Assembly (NCBI GenBank): GCA_021824065.1
Contig: JAKALU010000003.1
Span: forward strand, 5,553-69,552
Source of the DNA: Nitrospirota bacterium
Lineage (GTDB): Bacteria > Nitrospirota > Thermodesulfovibrionia > Thermodesulfovibrionales > UBA1546
Direction of reading: 5' to 3'
DNA: 64,000 bases
Shown: piece after piece, positions 33,125 through 41,983 of the stretch
How positions within the stretch are numbered: position 1 is the first letter of the stretch
Layout: every line of letters begins with the position of its first letter
Position numbers and translations under genes: made by a program
The notes under the pieces: model-generated
The model's input: the letters and a program-made list of their open reading frames with translations, nothing else
Told to the model about the DNA's origin: nothing
The model's database searches: none

Positions 33125-35458
33125 TTATTTCAATTTCACAATCGTAACTCCTCTTCCTCCCTCGTTTAGTTCTCCGCTCCTGAATTCTCTTACGAGGGGA
33201 TGGCCTGAAAGGTGTTCATGCACTGCCTTAAGGAGGGCGCCGGTTCCGACGCCGTGCACAATAATCACTTCACCAATGTCTGCAAGGGCAGCATCATTGA
33301 GAAAAGGCTCAAGCCTTGAAAGCGCCTCATTAACACGGAGACCTATAAGCCCGAGGCGGGATGAGGCGGTTTTTTCAGGGCGCTCTTCTCTCAAAGATTC
33401 CAAAGGTGTTATGCCCTTTTTTACTGTAGCGTCTGAAAGGGGAATCTCTATGTCCATTCCGCGCACACTGATTTTAAGGCGCATATGTTTTCTGTTTATC
33501 CCTGTGACAGGCGCATCACAGCCGATTGAACGGACAAATACCAGATCCCCTTCCTTTATCTCATCAATAGAAATGGGAGGCTCTTTTTTAAATTCTTTTA
33601 ACTTTTCTGAAACTTCGTGGTGTGCCTTTTCGGTTTTTTTGAGGGCTTCGCGTTTTTTCTTCCGCGCCTCTTCAAGAAGCACATGCATCTGTTTCTTTGT
33701 GTTTCTTATAATCGACTCTGCCTCAATGTATGCCTTTTCTTCTGCCTCCCTCCCCTTCCTTTCAATTTCATTAAGTCTTTCTTTAAGGAGTCCTTCCTTT
33801 TGTTCGAAATCTTTCTTTTTATCCTCAAGTTCCCCGAGTTTCTGCTCGTATAAGTTCCTTTTTACCTTTAGGTCTGAAATAAGGTCATAGAGTTCTATGT
33901 TCATACTGCCGAAGAGTTCCTTTGCAGAAGAAATAATGTCTTCGGAAAGCCCGTATTTCTGAGCAATCTCAAGCGCATGGGACTGTCCGGGCTCTCCTGT
34001 CCTTAGTCTGTAAAGGGGATTAAGAGTTTCAGAGTCAAAATCCATTGATGCATTCACCATTCCCTCTGCCCTGTAAACAAAGCTCACAATATCCATTAGA
34101 TGGGTGGTGGCAAATATAAGCCCTCCTTTTTCCCTCAGATGTTTCAGCACCGAACATGCAATGGCAGAGCCCTGTGACGGCTCTGTACCTGTTCCGAGCT
34201 CGTCAAGGAGCACGACTGTGTTGGCTGAGCTTGTTCTTATGATATGGGAGATTTTTGAGATGTGAGCAGAGAATGTAGAGAGATTTTCTTCTATGGACTG
34301 CTCATCGCCTATATCAACAAGAAGCCTGCTGATAAAAGGGAAGGTTGAAGATGAATCCGCAGGAACAGGGATTCCGCACAAAGCCATGGTTAGCAGCAGC
34401 CCGACCGTCTTTATTGCAATTGTCTTTCCTCCGGCATTGGGTCCTGTAATCACCATTACAGTGTTTTCGCCTCCAAGCTCAAAGTCAAGAGGGACAACCT
34501 GTTTTATAGAACCGCTTATGCGCATAAGCTCAAGAATGGGATGACGCGCCCTGATGAGTTTTATGCAGAGGGAATCGCTTAATTGCGGGATCTCCATTTT
34601 TAATAAATCCGCAAATCCTGTAATGCTGTTCAGGAGGTCAAGATAAACAACTGTTTCATACTGGACTGACAACTCCGGGAGGATGTCCCTCATCATGCCT
34701 GATATCGCCTTCAGTATCCTTATCTCCTCTGTCTTTGCATCAGCAATGAGATTTTCAAGTTCATTTGCAGGTCCTATTATCTCAAGAGGCTCTATGAACG
34801 CTGTCTCGCCTGTCCTTGATATGTCATGTACAACTCCGGGCACCAGCCCCTTGGAATCCATCCTCACGGGGATCACCCATCTTCCTGCCCTTTGGCTTAT
34901 GAAGGTATCCTGAAGAAAAGTTACGACATGCCTGTCAGACATTTTTTCTTCGAGTTTCTTTCTTATATTCCGCTCCAGAGACCTTATCTGCGCCCTCACC
35001 TGAGATAGTAAAGGAGATGCGCTGTCGAGGATTTCTCCCTCGCTGTTAATGGATTTCCCGAGCGCCGAGAGTATTCCCGGGAAACCTGTCAATGAACCTG
35101 CAAGCTCTCTCAGATATGGAAGATCAACTCTTTCTCTTATCTGCTCTGATATCTCCGAAATCATCCTGAGGACAGAGACGAATGAGTAAAGCTCAAGGGG
35201 TTCGAGGATTGCACCTTCGGGTTTAAGCTTTCCCATAAAAGGTGCCATGTCATCGAAATGAGTGAGCCCGAGTTTGTCTCCTTCCTGATTCAGCCTGCGG
35301 ATTTCCCTTATAGCTGAGAATCTTTTTTCTATGTCTCCTTTTTTGTTCAAAGGGCGGAGATTCTGGATGGACTTTCCTGTTGCTTTGCTATGTGAGAACA
35401 TGGAGATTGACTCAAGAATCCTGTCGAATTCCAGGACATGCAAGGTGTTTTCTTTCAT
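33125..35458 (-). CDS. mutS2: Endonuclease MutS2 (MutS domain + C-terminal Smr)
   Basis: 777 aa. Walker A GPNAGGKT. C-terminal Smr domain (IIVHGVGTGALLKAVHEHL). Confidence 0.92.
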   Translation of the reverse strand: MKENTLHVLEFDRILESISMFSHSKATGKSIQNLRPLNKKGDIEKRFSAIREIRRLNQEGDKLGLTHFDDMAPFMGKLKPEGAILEPLELYSFVSVLRMISEISEQIRERVDLPYLRELAGSLTGFPGILSALGKSINSEGEILDSASPLLSQVRAQIRSLERNIRKKLEEKMSDRHVVTFLQDTFISQRAGRWVIPVRMDSKGLVPGVVHDISRTGETAFIEPLEIIGPANELENLIADAKTEEIRILKAISGMMRDILPELSVQYETVVYLDLLNSITGFADLLKMEIPQLSDSLCIKLIRARHPILELMRISGSIKQVVPLDFELGGENTVMVITGPNAGGKTIAIKTVGLLLTMALCGIPVPADSSSTFPFISRLLVDIGDEQSIEENLSTFSAHISKISHIIRTSSANTVVLLDELGTGTEPSQGSAIACSVLKHLREKGGLIFATTHLMDIVSFVYRAEGMVNASMDFDSETLNPLYRLRTGEPGQSHALEIAQKYGLSEDIISSAKELFGSMNIELYDLISDLKVKRNLYEQKLGELEDKKKDFEQKEGLLKERLNEIERKGREAEEKAYIEAESIIRNTKKQMHVLLEEARKKKREALKKTEKAHHEVSEKLKEFKKEPPISIDEIKEGDLVFVRSIGCDAPVTGINRKHMRLKISVRGMDIEIPLSDATVKKGITPLESLREERPEKTASSRLGLIGLRVNEALSRLEPFLNDAALADIGEVIIVHGVGTGALLKAVHEHLSGHPLVREFRSGELNEGGRGVTIVKLK

Positions 35459-35811
35459 GCTGAGTATTTCCCCTTTGCCCTTTTTCTTCTTTTTGCCTTC
35501 TGCTTTTTTATCTTCTCACTCTCAAGCTCTCGTCTGCCCATCCCTGACAATGACTCAATCCTCTCTACGAGTTCCCTTCTTGCAAGGAATCTGTTAATGG
35601 ACTGGCTTCTGTCCTTCATGCACTTTATCTCAATGTCTGTGGGAGTATGCCTGATGTAAACGCATGTTGCTGCCTTGTTCACCTTCTGGCCTCCCTTCCC
35701 CGAAGACCTGATGAACTTCTCCTCAATATCATCTTCCCTGATATTGAGTGCCTCAAACTTCTCCTTGAGCCACTTGTTCTTCTTTTCACTTACTGCAAAG
35801 GTTGGAATCAT
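35455..35811 (-). CDS. Peptide chain release factor-like (RF-1 domain, GGQ) protein
   Basis: 118 aa. GGQ motif in SSGKGGQKVNK and a basic C-terminal tail. Overlaps the mutS2 start by 4 nt. Confidence 0.75.
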   Translation of the reverse strand: MIPTFAVSEKKNKWLKEKFEALNIREDDIEEKFIRSSGKGGQKVNKAATCVYIRHTPTDIEIKCMKDRSQSINRFLARRELVERIESLSGMGRRELESEKIKKQKAKRRKRAKGKYSA

Positions 35812-35911
35812 GCCTGATATTTTACTCTAAGCCAGTGCTTTAGCTTTACCCGCCGCATTCTTTTTTTACCGGGTTCAACGGCAGATACTCCTGTGTCACA
35901 ACAGAGGTGTG

Positions 35912-36382
35912 TTAATGGAACTCGGGCAGAAGGCTCTTCAATCTCCAATGTTTAATGCCTTTTTCGGTTACATATTCCCATTTCTGAATGTCCAGCATGG
36001 TGCTCATTTTAAATGAAGAAAGGGAATAGTAGTCGATTTCGACCGTAACTTCAGCGCTGACACTTTCTTCATCGTAGCTTGTTCCCACAATGCGGTAGTC
36101 GAACATCTTAACACTTTTTGCTGCTTTTGCTCTTGCGCTGAATTCCTTAGCAATGCCCTCTGCAGCAAAAAGGCCAGCGGCGTTTAAGCTCTGCGCAGTC
36201 AAAAGTTTATTATAATTGTTGATGGTATCATCGAATTCCTTCCGGATAGACATCTTAGTCATGCAGGCGGTAAAAGTTGCAGCAATAAATAACACCATGA
36301 GAGCAGGTAAGATTTTATCTTTCTCAGCCATTTGTTTCAATAAAAAAATGCTCATTGAAATGAGCCCATTATATTTAGGCAT
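35912..36382 (-). CDS. Hypothetical membrane-anchored protein or lipoprotein
   Basis: The N-terminal hydrophobic segment ends in ...AATFTAC, a possible lipobox. No family was recognised. Confidence 0.45.
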   Translation of the reverse strand: MPKYNGLISMSIFLLKQMAEKDKILPALMVLFIAATFTACMTKMSIRKEFDDTINNYNKLLTAQSLNAAGLFAAEGIAKEFSARAKAAKSVKMFDYRIVGTSYDEESVSAEVTVEIDYYSLSSFKMSTMLDIQKWEYVTEKGIKHWRLKSLLPEFH

Positions 36383-36500
36383 GTAGAATTATAACAAATA
36401 GTCCTAAAAGTTCCATAGTCCGGTTCTATAGTTTTACTTTGGGCTATAGCTCTTTGGCACTTTCTGTCTCTGGTATCCGGAACTTCGTTCTGCCGAACCT

Positions 36501-36845
36501 CTACCATGGCACCTCGTCTTCGAAGTGGAAGAATTTGCCTGTGGGGCCTTCAGGAGGAAGTGTAGCAAGCCTAACAGCTGTCTTTGCTCCCTCCGCAACG
36601 CTCATCGGAGCCTGCTCTCCTCCCAAGTCTGTCTTCACCCAGCCCGGATGTGCTGAATTGACTTTGACTGAAGTGACTTTGAGGGCTGCTGCAAGATGTA
36701 TTGTAAACGCATTCACTGCTGTCTTTGATGCATCGTATGCAAAGGGTTTGAGAACCTTAATCCCCTGTTTTGCAAGCTGGCGACTTACCTCAAGCCCGAG
36801 ACCTTTGTCAGCACCTGTTACAAGTGCAATTCTTTTTTCTGACAT
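36501..36845 (-). pseudogene. Short-chain dehydrogenase/reductase with an in-frame internal deletion of about 120 aa
   Basis: The Rossmann start ALVTGADKGLG..GIKVL joins directly to the catalytic YDASKTAVNAF..NSAHPGWVKTD. At 114 aa it is far shorter than the roughly 240 aa typical of SDRs. Confidence 0.55.
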
Positions 36846-36851
36846 GATAAG

Positions 36852-37445
36852 TTACATCTCCCTTCTCCCCTCAAGCGCCTTGCTCAGTGTCACCTCATCT
36901 GCAAATTCGATGTCGCTTCCGATAGGAAGGCCGTAGGCAATCCGCGTGACCTTAACATTGAATGGTTTTAAGATATCTTTTATATACTGGGCTGTCATCT
37001 CTCCTTTTGTATTGGGATTAGTTGCAATGATTACCTCTGATACGCTGTCGAGCCTTACCCTTTCTACAAGTTCGGCTATCTTGAGTTTATCTGGTGTGAT
37101 CCCATCTATAGGCGAGATTGAACCTAAAAGGACATGATATAGGCCGTTAAAGGTCTTTGACCTTTCAACAACAAGGATATTGCTCGGTTCTTCAATAACG
37201 CAGAGTTTTGTCTTGTCCCTTGATTCATCTCTACAGATTTCGCATAGCTCTGTATCTGTTATGTTAAAACATCTGCTGCAGAACCTCGCCTTATCTTTCA
37301 CATCATTTATAGCCTTTGCAATATCTTTTGCGCTTTCCTCAGGCATTGTAAGTATGAAGAATGCAAGCCTTTGGGCAGTCTTTCTGCCTATGCCCGGAAG
37401 TTTTGTCAGTTCATGTATGAGATTTTCTATAATGCCCTGCGCCAT
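36852..37445 (-). CDS. recR: Recombination protein RecR
   Basis: 197 aa. HhH LPGIGRKTAQRLAF, zinc finger CSRCFNITDTELCEIC, and a Toprim domain. Confidence 0.95.
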   Translation of the reverse strand: MAQGIIENLIHELTKLPGIGRKTAQRLAFFILTMPEESAKDIAKAINDVKDKARFCSRCFNITDTELCEICRDESRDKTKLCVIEEPSNILVVERSKTFNGLYHVLLGSISPIDGITPDKLKIAELVERVRLDSVSEVIIATNPNTKGEMTAQYIKDILKPFNVKVTRIAYGLPIGSDIEFADEVTLSKALEGRREM

Positions 37446-37598
37446 ATCAGTTTTTAGTTGTCAGTATTCAGATATAAAAACAACAATTATTTAAATATCT
37501 TTTAGAATATAGTTTGTAATCTTTCATTGTCAACATAGGGTTGAACGCAGAAGGCATCTCCAGATGAAGATTGACTGACGATTGCCCGGATTTCATGC

Positions 37599-37653
37599 TT
37601 GACAGCAACGGTTAAATCTGTTATCGTAACACTAATTTTTAAAAAGTAACACT
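37599..37653 (+). promoter_or_regulatory. nikR promoter (TTGACA-N17-TATCGT) overlapped by two direct GTAACAC(T) boxes 20 nt apart
   Basis: TTGACA at 37599-37604, TATCGT at 37622-37627, GTAACACT at 37626-37633 and 37646-37653. ATG at 37658. Confidence 0.4.
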
Positions 37654-37657
37654 TAAA

Positions 37658-38074
37658 ATGGCGACAATACGATTTGGCATATCACTGGAAAACGCACTGC
37701 TTGAGGGGTTTGACAACCTTATCAAGAAAAAGGGCTATTCAAACCGGAGTGAGGCAATACGGGATCTTATCAGGGATAGCCTTGTGATGGAGGAATGGGA
37801 ATTCTCTGCCGCTGAGACTGTGGGGACCATCACAATCGTTTATTCACATGAAACCAGGGAACTGACAGATACGCTTACTGACCTTCAACATCATTATCAT
37901 AGTTCAATAATCTCAGCCATGCATATACACCTTGATGAACATAACTGCCTTGAGGTTATTGTAGTGAAAGGCAAGGCAAAGGATATAAAGGCTATAGCTG
38001 ACAGACTGATCGGCACAAAGGGTGTAAAACACGGGAAGCTCACTGTTACAACAACCGGCAAACGCCTGAAGTAA
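37658..38074 (+). CDS. nikR: Nickel-responsive regulator NikR
   Basis: 138 aa. N-terminal RHH ([16 protein letters not shown]) and C-terminal metal-binding domain (HH..HIHLD..CLEV). Confidence 0.9.
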   Translation: MATIRFGISLENALLEGFDNLIKKKGYSNRSEAIRDLIRDSLVMEEWEFSAAETVGTITIVYSHETRELTDTLTDLQHHYHSSIISAMHIHLDEHNCLEVIVVKGKAKDIKAIADRLIGTKGVKHGKLTVTTTGKRLK

Positions 38075-38138
38075 ATTTTTTTGTATTATCAGTAGCACGA
38101 TTCTAAAATTAGTGGCATTACCAGAAAGGAGCAAATAT

Positions 38139-38927
38139 ATGAGATTTAAGGTTCGAAGGTTAAGAATCAAGGTTTTTTTGTTTTTCCTGCTATTCACTGT
38201 TCACTATTCACTTTTCACTGTTTCTTATGCGGCGCACCCGCTTATAACAGATGATACTGGCACACAGGGTAAAGGGAAATTTCAACTTGAATTAAATGGA
38301 GAGTATGGACGAGAAGATGAAGATGGAGTCACAACTAATACCACAGAGGCATCAACAATATTATCTTACGGGGTAATTAACAACGTGGATATCGTATTTG
38401 GTATACCATATCAATATGTAAGGGCAAAAGATTCGGGGGCTGCATTTACAGAGGATGGTGTCTCAGATGCATCGATTGAATTGAAGTGGCGGTTTTATGA
38501 GAGGAAAGGTCTAAGTCTTGCCTTGAAACCCGGTATTACCCTTCCGACAGGAGACGAAGAAAAGGGATTGGGAGCAGGACGTTCAACATATTCCCTGTTT
38601 TTTATTACTACAAAGGAAATCGAGCCGTGGGCATTCCATCTCAATCTCGGCTATATGAGAAATGATAACAAGGCCGATGAAAGAAAAAATCTGTGGCACG
38701 CATCTCTTGCCTCTACGGTTGAAGTTGTAAAAGACCTGGAAGTAGTCGTTAATATCGGAATCGAGAAAGATACGGAAAGGAACAGCAATATTGATCCTGC
38801 CTTTATTCTGGGTGGATTAATTTATTCTGTATCAGAAAATTTTGACATTGACTTTGGCATCAAGCATGAACTAACTAAGCCCGAGACTGACTATTCAGTT
38901 CTTGCGGGAATTACATGGAGGTTTTAA
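38139..38927 (+). CDS. Outer-membrane beta-barrel transporter-like protein (MetA-pathway/phenol-degradation-type family)
   Basis: Start moved to the ATG at 38139, preceded by AAAGGAG. Has a signal peptide, alternating beta-strand pattern and a C-terminal ...GITWRF. Confidence 0.6.
   Translation: MRFKVRRLRIKVFLFFLLFTVHYSLFTVSYAAHPLITDDTGTQGKGKFQLELNGEYGREDEDGVTTNTTEASTILSYGVINNVDIVFGIPYQYVRAKDSGAAFTEDGVSDASIELKWRFYERKGLSLALKPGITLPTGDEEKGLGAGRSTYSLFFITTKEIEPWAFHLNLGYMRNDNKADERKNLWHASLASTVEVVKDLEVVVNIGIEKDTERNSNIDPAFILGGLIYSVSENFDIDFGIKHELTKPETDYSVLAGITWRF
38193..38220. repeat. 4x7-nt word array TTCACTG TTCACTA TTCACTT TTCACTG
   Basis: Read directly. Encodes part of the OMP signal peptide (FTVHYSLFTVS). 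Confidence 0.85.
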
Positions 38928-39599
38928 ATGCACATACCTGACGGATATTTAGGTCCCTATACTTATGGCGGATTATGGGCAGCGATAGTGCCGATATGGA
39001 TTTATGCATCCAGGAAAGTAAAGGAAACATTAAAGGCATCTCAAATTTCGCTCCTTGCATTAAGCGCTGCATTCAGTTTCGTTATTATGATGTTTAATGT
39101 GCCGATACCGGGAGGCACAACAGGACATGCAACCGGCGCAACATTGATTGCGATTTTAATCGGCCCCTGGGCTGCTATAGTTGCTGTATCTATTGCGCTT
39201 ATTATCCAAGCACTTATCTTCGGGGATGGCGGTATAACAGCAATCGGCGCAAATTGTTTTAATATGGGTTTTGCAGAAGTGCTTATTGGTTACAGCATAT
39301 ATAAACTAATTGCAGGAGGATCAGATATAAAATCCATGAGGCGGATAGCAGGAGCAGGTGTAGGAGCGTATATTGGCATCAACTTTGCCGCATTCCTCAC
39401 TGCATTTGAACTCGGCATACAAACTGTTCTCCACGTTGGCACTGATGGAAGGCCGCTCTACAGTCCATTCCCTCTAACGGTTACTATTCCTGCTATAATG
39501 ATTGAACATATAGCGCTGTTCGGGGTTGTGGAAGCAGTAGTTACAGTTCTTGTAATAGGGTATTTGCGTAAATCACATCCTGATTTAATAAGGAGGTAA
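38928..39599 (+). CDS. cbiM: ECF-type Ni/Co transporter substrate-capture component CbiM/NikM
   Basis: The MHIPDGYL N-terminus is diagnostic. 223 aa, multi-TM. The start abuts the OMP stop. Confidence 0.9.
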   Translation: MHIPDGYLGPYTYGGLWAAIVPIWIYASRKVKETLKASQISLLALSAAFSFVIMMFNVPIPGGTTGHATGATLIAILIGPWAAIVAVSIALIIQALIFGDGGITAIGANCFNMGFAEVLIGYSIYKLIAGGSDIKSMRRIAGAGVGAYIGINFAAFLTAFELGIQTVLHVGTDGRPLYSPFPLTVTIPAIMIEHIALFGVVEAVVTVLVIGYLRKSHPDLIRR

Positions 39600-39601
39600 T
39601 T

Positions 39602-39943
39602 GTGAACATTTTAAACTATAAAAAACTCTGGATAGGAATTGGAATATTGATACTTCTTTCCCCGCTCGGCATAATTCTCCCTGAGATATTTAAGTCAGGT
39701 GGAGCATGGGGTGAATGGGGAGTTGATGAGATTGAAAAAATTGCAGGCTACGTCCCTAAGGGGTTAAAAAAATTATCAGAGCTTTGGAGGTCGCCGATTC
39801 CTGATTATTCATTTTCAGGATGGGAAGGATTTTTAAAAAGCTCAATTGCCTACATTATTTCGGGAATTATTGGTGTGGGTCTTGTTGTACTTGTGTCAAT
39901 ACTGATAGGTAGATTTCTTGCGAGGAAAAATGGCAATTCCTGA
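39602..39943 (+). CDS. CbiN/NikN-like small membrane component
   Basis: 113 aa with two TM helices flanking a soluble loop. GTG start after AAGGAGG. Its position between cbiM and cbiQ supports the call. Confidence 0.6.
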   Translation: MNILNYKKLWIGIGILILLSPLGIILPEIFKSGGAWGEWGVDEIEKIAGYVPKGLKKLSELWRSPIPDYSFSGWEGFLKSSIAYIISGIIGVGLVVLVSILIGRFLARKNGNS

Positions 39944-40859
39944 TTGGCTTAAGAGACAGTCGTCAATTGTCAGTCGTCAGTTGTCAGCAAAGAAAACAAA
40001 GGAGAGGTTTCTTGACAAGACGTTGGGGCATATTGTCTCTTTTACTGAAGACACGATGTTCAATGAGGTTACTTCTTCAAAAAATGGTTTTTTACAGGCC
40101 ATTGAACCGAGGCTGAAGGTGTTGACCATCATTTTTTTCATAATTTCATTAAGCCTTCAAAAAAGTTTGTATACTGTATCAGCGTTCTCTCTCATTTCAT
40201 TGGCACTGGCTTTGATATCAAGGATCCCCCTTCACCTTTTTATACAAAGAATTCTGCCTGCTTTTCTAATCACGCTTTTGATTGCAGCCCCTGCCACTTT
40301 GAACTTTATTGTAAAAGGTGAGCCGCTAATAAGGCTTTATACTTTTGAGAATTCATGGAGCATCGGCAGATTAATTATTCCGCAGGAAATCTCTATTACG
40401 AAACAGGGACTGTCAAGTGCAGCGACACTTCTTTTAAGGGTAACAGCGTCTGTCTCTCTGGTTTTTCTGATCACACTGACGACTTCACCGAACAGATTTA
40501 TCAAGGCAATCTCGTCTTTTATGCCTGGTGCATTTAAATCCATAATATCCATGAGCTACAGATACATATTTTTCCTGATAAAGAAGGTTGAGCAGTTTAT
40601 AATGGGCTTTACAGCAAGGAATATATCGTCAATGTCTCGCGGGGTTACAGGCCGCAGGTGGGTTGCATCAAGAATGGGTCTTTTGTTTTCAATCAGCCTT
40701 AAATTGAGCACCGAGCTTGAGCAGGCCATGGAATCCAGAGGATATAAAGAAGAGTTCAGAGTTGAGAGTTCAGAGTTGAGAGTTTCAAGGACTGATATTT
40801 TATGGGTGATCCTTAGCATAATGTTTATGGGGGTAATGCTTTGGAAGTCTTTAACGTAG
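39918..40859 (+). CDS. cbiQ: ECF transporter transmembrane (T) component CbiQ, with an N-terminal extension of about 60 aa
   Basis: 313 aa. AIEPRLKVL.. matches the CbiQ entry motif, and the protein is multi-TM. The start could be the ATG at 39930. Confidence 0.8.
   Translation: MRGKMAIPDWLKRQSSIVSRQLSAKKTKERFLDKTLGHIVSFTEDTMFNEVTSSKNGFLQAIEPRLKVLTIIFFIISLSLQKSLYTVSAFSLISLALALISRIPLHLFIQRILPAFLITLLIAAPATLNFIVKGEPLIRLYTFENSWSIGRLIIPQEISITKQGLSSAATLLLRVTASVSLVFLITLTTSPNRFIKAISSFMPGAFKSIISMSYRYIFFLIKKVEQFIMGFTARNISSMSRGVTGRRWVASRMGLLFSISLKLSTELEQAMESRGYKEEFRVESSELRVSRTDILWVILSIMFMGVMLWKSLT
39957..39991. repeat. 5x7-nt word array CAGTCGT CAATTGT CAGTCGT CAGTTGT CAGCAAA
   Basis: Read directly. 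Lies in the 5' extension of cbiQ. Confidence 0.85.
40752..40786. repeat. 5x7-nt word array GAGTTCA GAGTTGA GAGTTCA GAGTTGA GAGTTTC
   Basis: Read directly. Lies at the 3' end of cbiQ and encodes EFRVESSELRVS. Confidence 0.85.
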
Positions 40860-41923
40860 AAAAAATATCGTATACATATAAAAATGGCAAGACGGCTGTT
40901 GATGGGGTCTCATTCAGTGTTGCTAACGGCGAAAGCCTGACAATAATAGGCACTAACGGCTCTGGTAAATCAACGCTCCTTTATCTCCTTGATGGTCTTC
41001 TGATCCCGGAGTCTGGAAGCATGAGAATATTCGGTAAAGATGCAAGTAATGGATTTCTATCCGATTTCAGGCAGAGGATATCGCTCCTGTTCCAGAACCC
41101 GCATGCCCAGCTTTTTTTATTGAGTGTCTGGGATGAATTATGCTTCGGGCCGTCACAGCTTGAACTTGATAAAGCTGAAATACAGAAAAGAGCAGAGGAT
41201 ATACTTGGATTGTTCGGCATAGAACATCTGAGGGACAGGGGGCCATGGGATTTGAGTGGAGGAGAAATGAAGAAGGTTGCTCTTGGAACATGCCTCAGCA
41301 TCAACCCTGATGTACTTTTGCTTGATGAACCAACAACCGGACTTGACCCGAGAAGTCAGGTCGAAATTGTAGATTTAATAAATGAACTCAGGAAAGCAGG
41401 CAAGACGATAATTACTGCAACCCACGATCTTGGTATAATTGAAGATATCTCTGACAGGACAATTGTTCTTGGTGAAGACCACAGGATTTTGCTTCAAGGT
41501 AAGCCGTGGGTTGTAATGGCCGATACAGAAACTCTTCTTCAAGCCAATCTTATTCACAGGCATGTGCACAGGCACTGCTGGTATGTTCATGAGCACAGCC
41601 ATTCTGGAAGACATGAACATGAGCATATGGTTTTACATGATGTATTAACAAGTCCCCCCTCACCACCATCTACTGAAGGGAGGCATGGGGGGGTTAATGA
41701 GGAGGGTGTTTTAAAGATGACAGATTTAGAAAAACTCAAAAAGCTGCTGGAGCACTGGGCAGAGCATAATGAAGAGCATGTGAGCACATATCTTGAATGG
41801 GCAGAAAAGGCAGATGCATCAGGAGAAAAAGAATTGTATAAAATACTAAGAGAAATAGCTGAAAATACAAAGAAGATGGATGGGTTGTTTGAAAAGGCAA
41901 AGAAGATAATTGAAAGTAAATAA
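40841..41923 (+). CDS. cbiO: ECF transporter ATPase CbiO/NikO with a His-rich tail and a fused helical module of about 69 aa
   Basis: Walker A GTNGSGKST, signature LSGGEMKK, Walker B LLLDEP. Followed by HRHVHRHCWYVHEHSHSGRHEHEH, a C/G hairpin element, and MTDLEKLKKLLEHWAEHNEEH... Confidence 0.85.
   Translation: MEVFNVEKISYTYKNGKTAVDGVSFSVANGESLTIIGTNGSGKSTLLYLLDGLLIPESGSMRIFGKDASNGFLSDFRQRISLLFQNPHAQLFLLSVWDELCFGPSQLELDKAEIQKRAEDILGLFGIEHLRDRGPWDLSGGEMKKVALGTCLSINPDVLLLDEPTTGLDPRSQVEIVDLINELRKAGKTIITATHDLGIIEDISDRTIVLGEDHRILLQGKPWVVMADTETLLQANLIHRHVHRHCWYVHEHSHSGRHEHEHMVLHDVLTSPPSPPSTEGRHGGVNEEGVLKMTDLEKLKKLLEHWAEHNEEHVSTYLEWAEKADASGEKELYKILREIAENTKKMDGLFEKAKKIIESK
41654..41693. repeat. Nested C-run/G-run element inside the cbiO tail, translated as SPPSPPSTEGRHGG
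   Basis: The sequence is CCCCCCTCACCACCATCTACTGAAGGGAGGCATGGGGGGG. Confidence 0.65.
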
Positions 41924-41924
41924 G

Positions 41925-41983
41925 TGTCAGAGGGTCAAAGTGTCAAAGTCTCTGATACTCTGACGCTCTGATACTTTGATACT
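41925..41983. repeat. Inverted pair of 8-nt word arrays (TGTCAGAG GGTCAAAG TGTCAAAG | TCTCTGAT ACTCTGAC GCTCTGAT ACTTTGAT)
   Basis: Read directly. Starts 2 nt after the cbiO stop. The arms are imperfect reverse complements. Confidence 0.8.

Noticed and set aside
32997-33890. 297-aa plus-strand ORF, plus similar long antisense ORFs at 36439-36936, 53047-53799, 59408-59923 and 61011-61460
   Set aside because: Each lies entirely antisense to a gene with unmistakable family motifs (mutS2, SDR/recR, the 13-haem cytochrome, the M56-like gene, the NtrC-type regulator). They encode Ser/Leu/Phe-rich low-complexity sequence typical of antisense frames.
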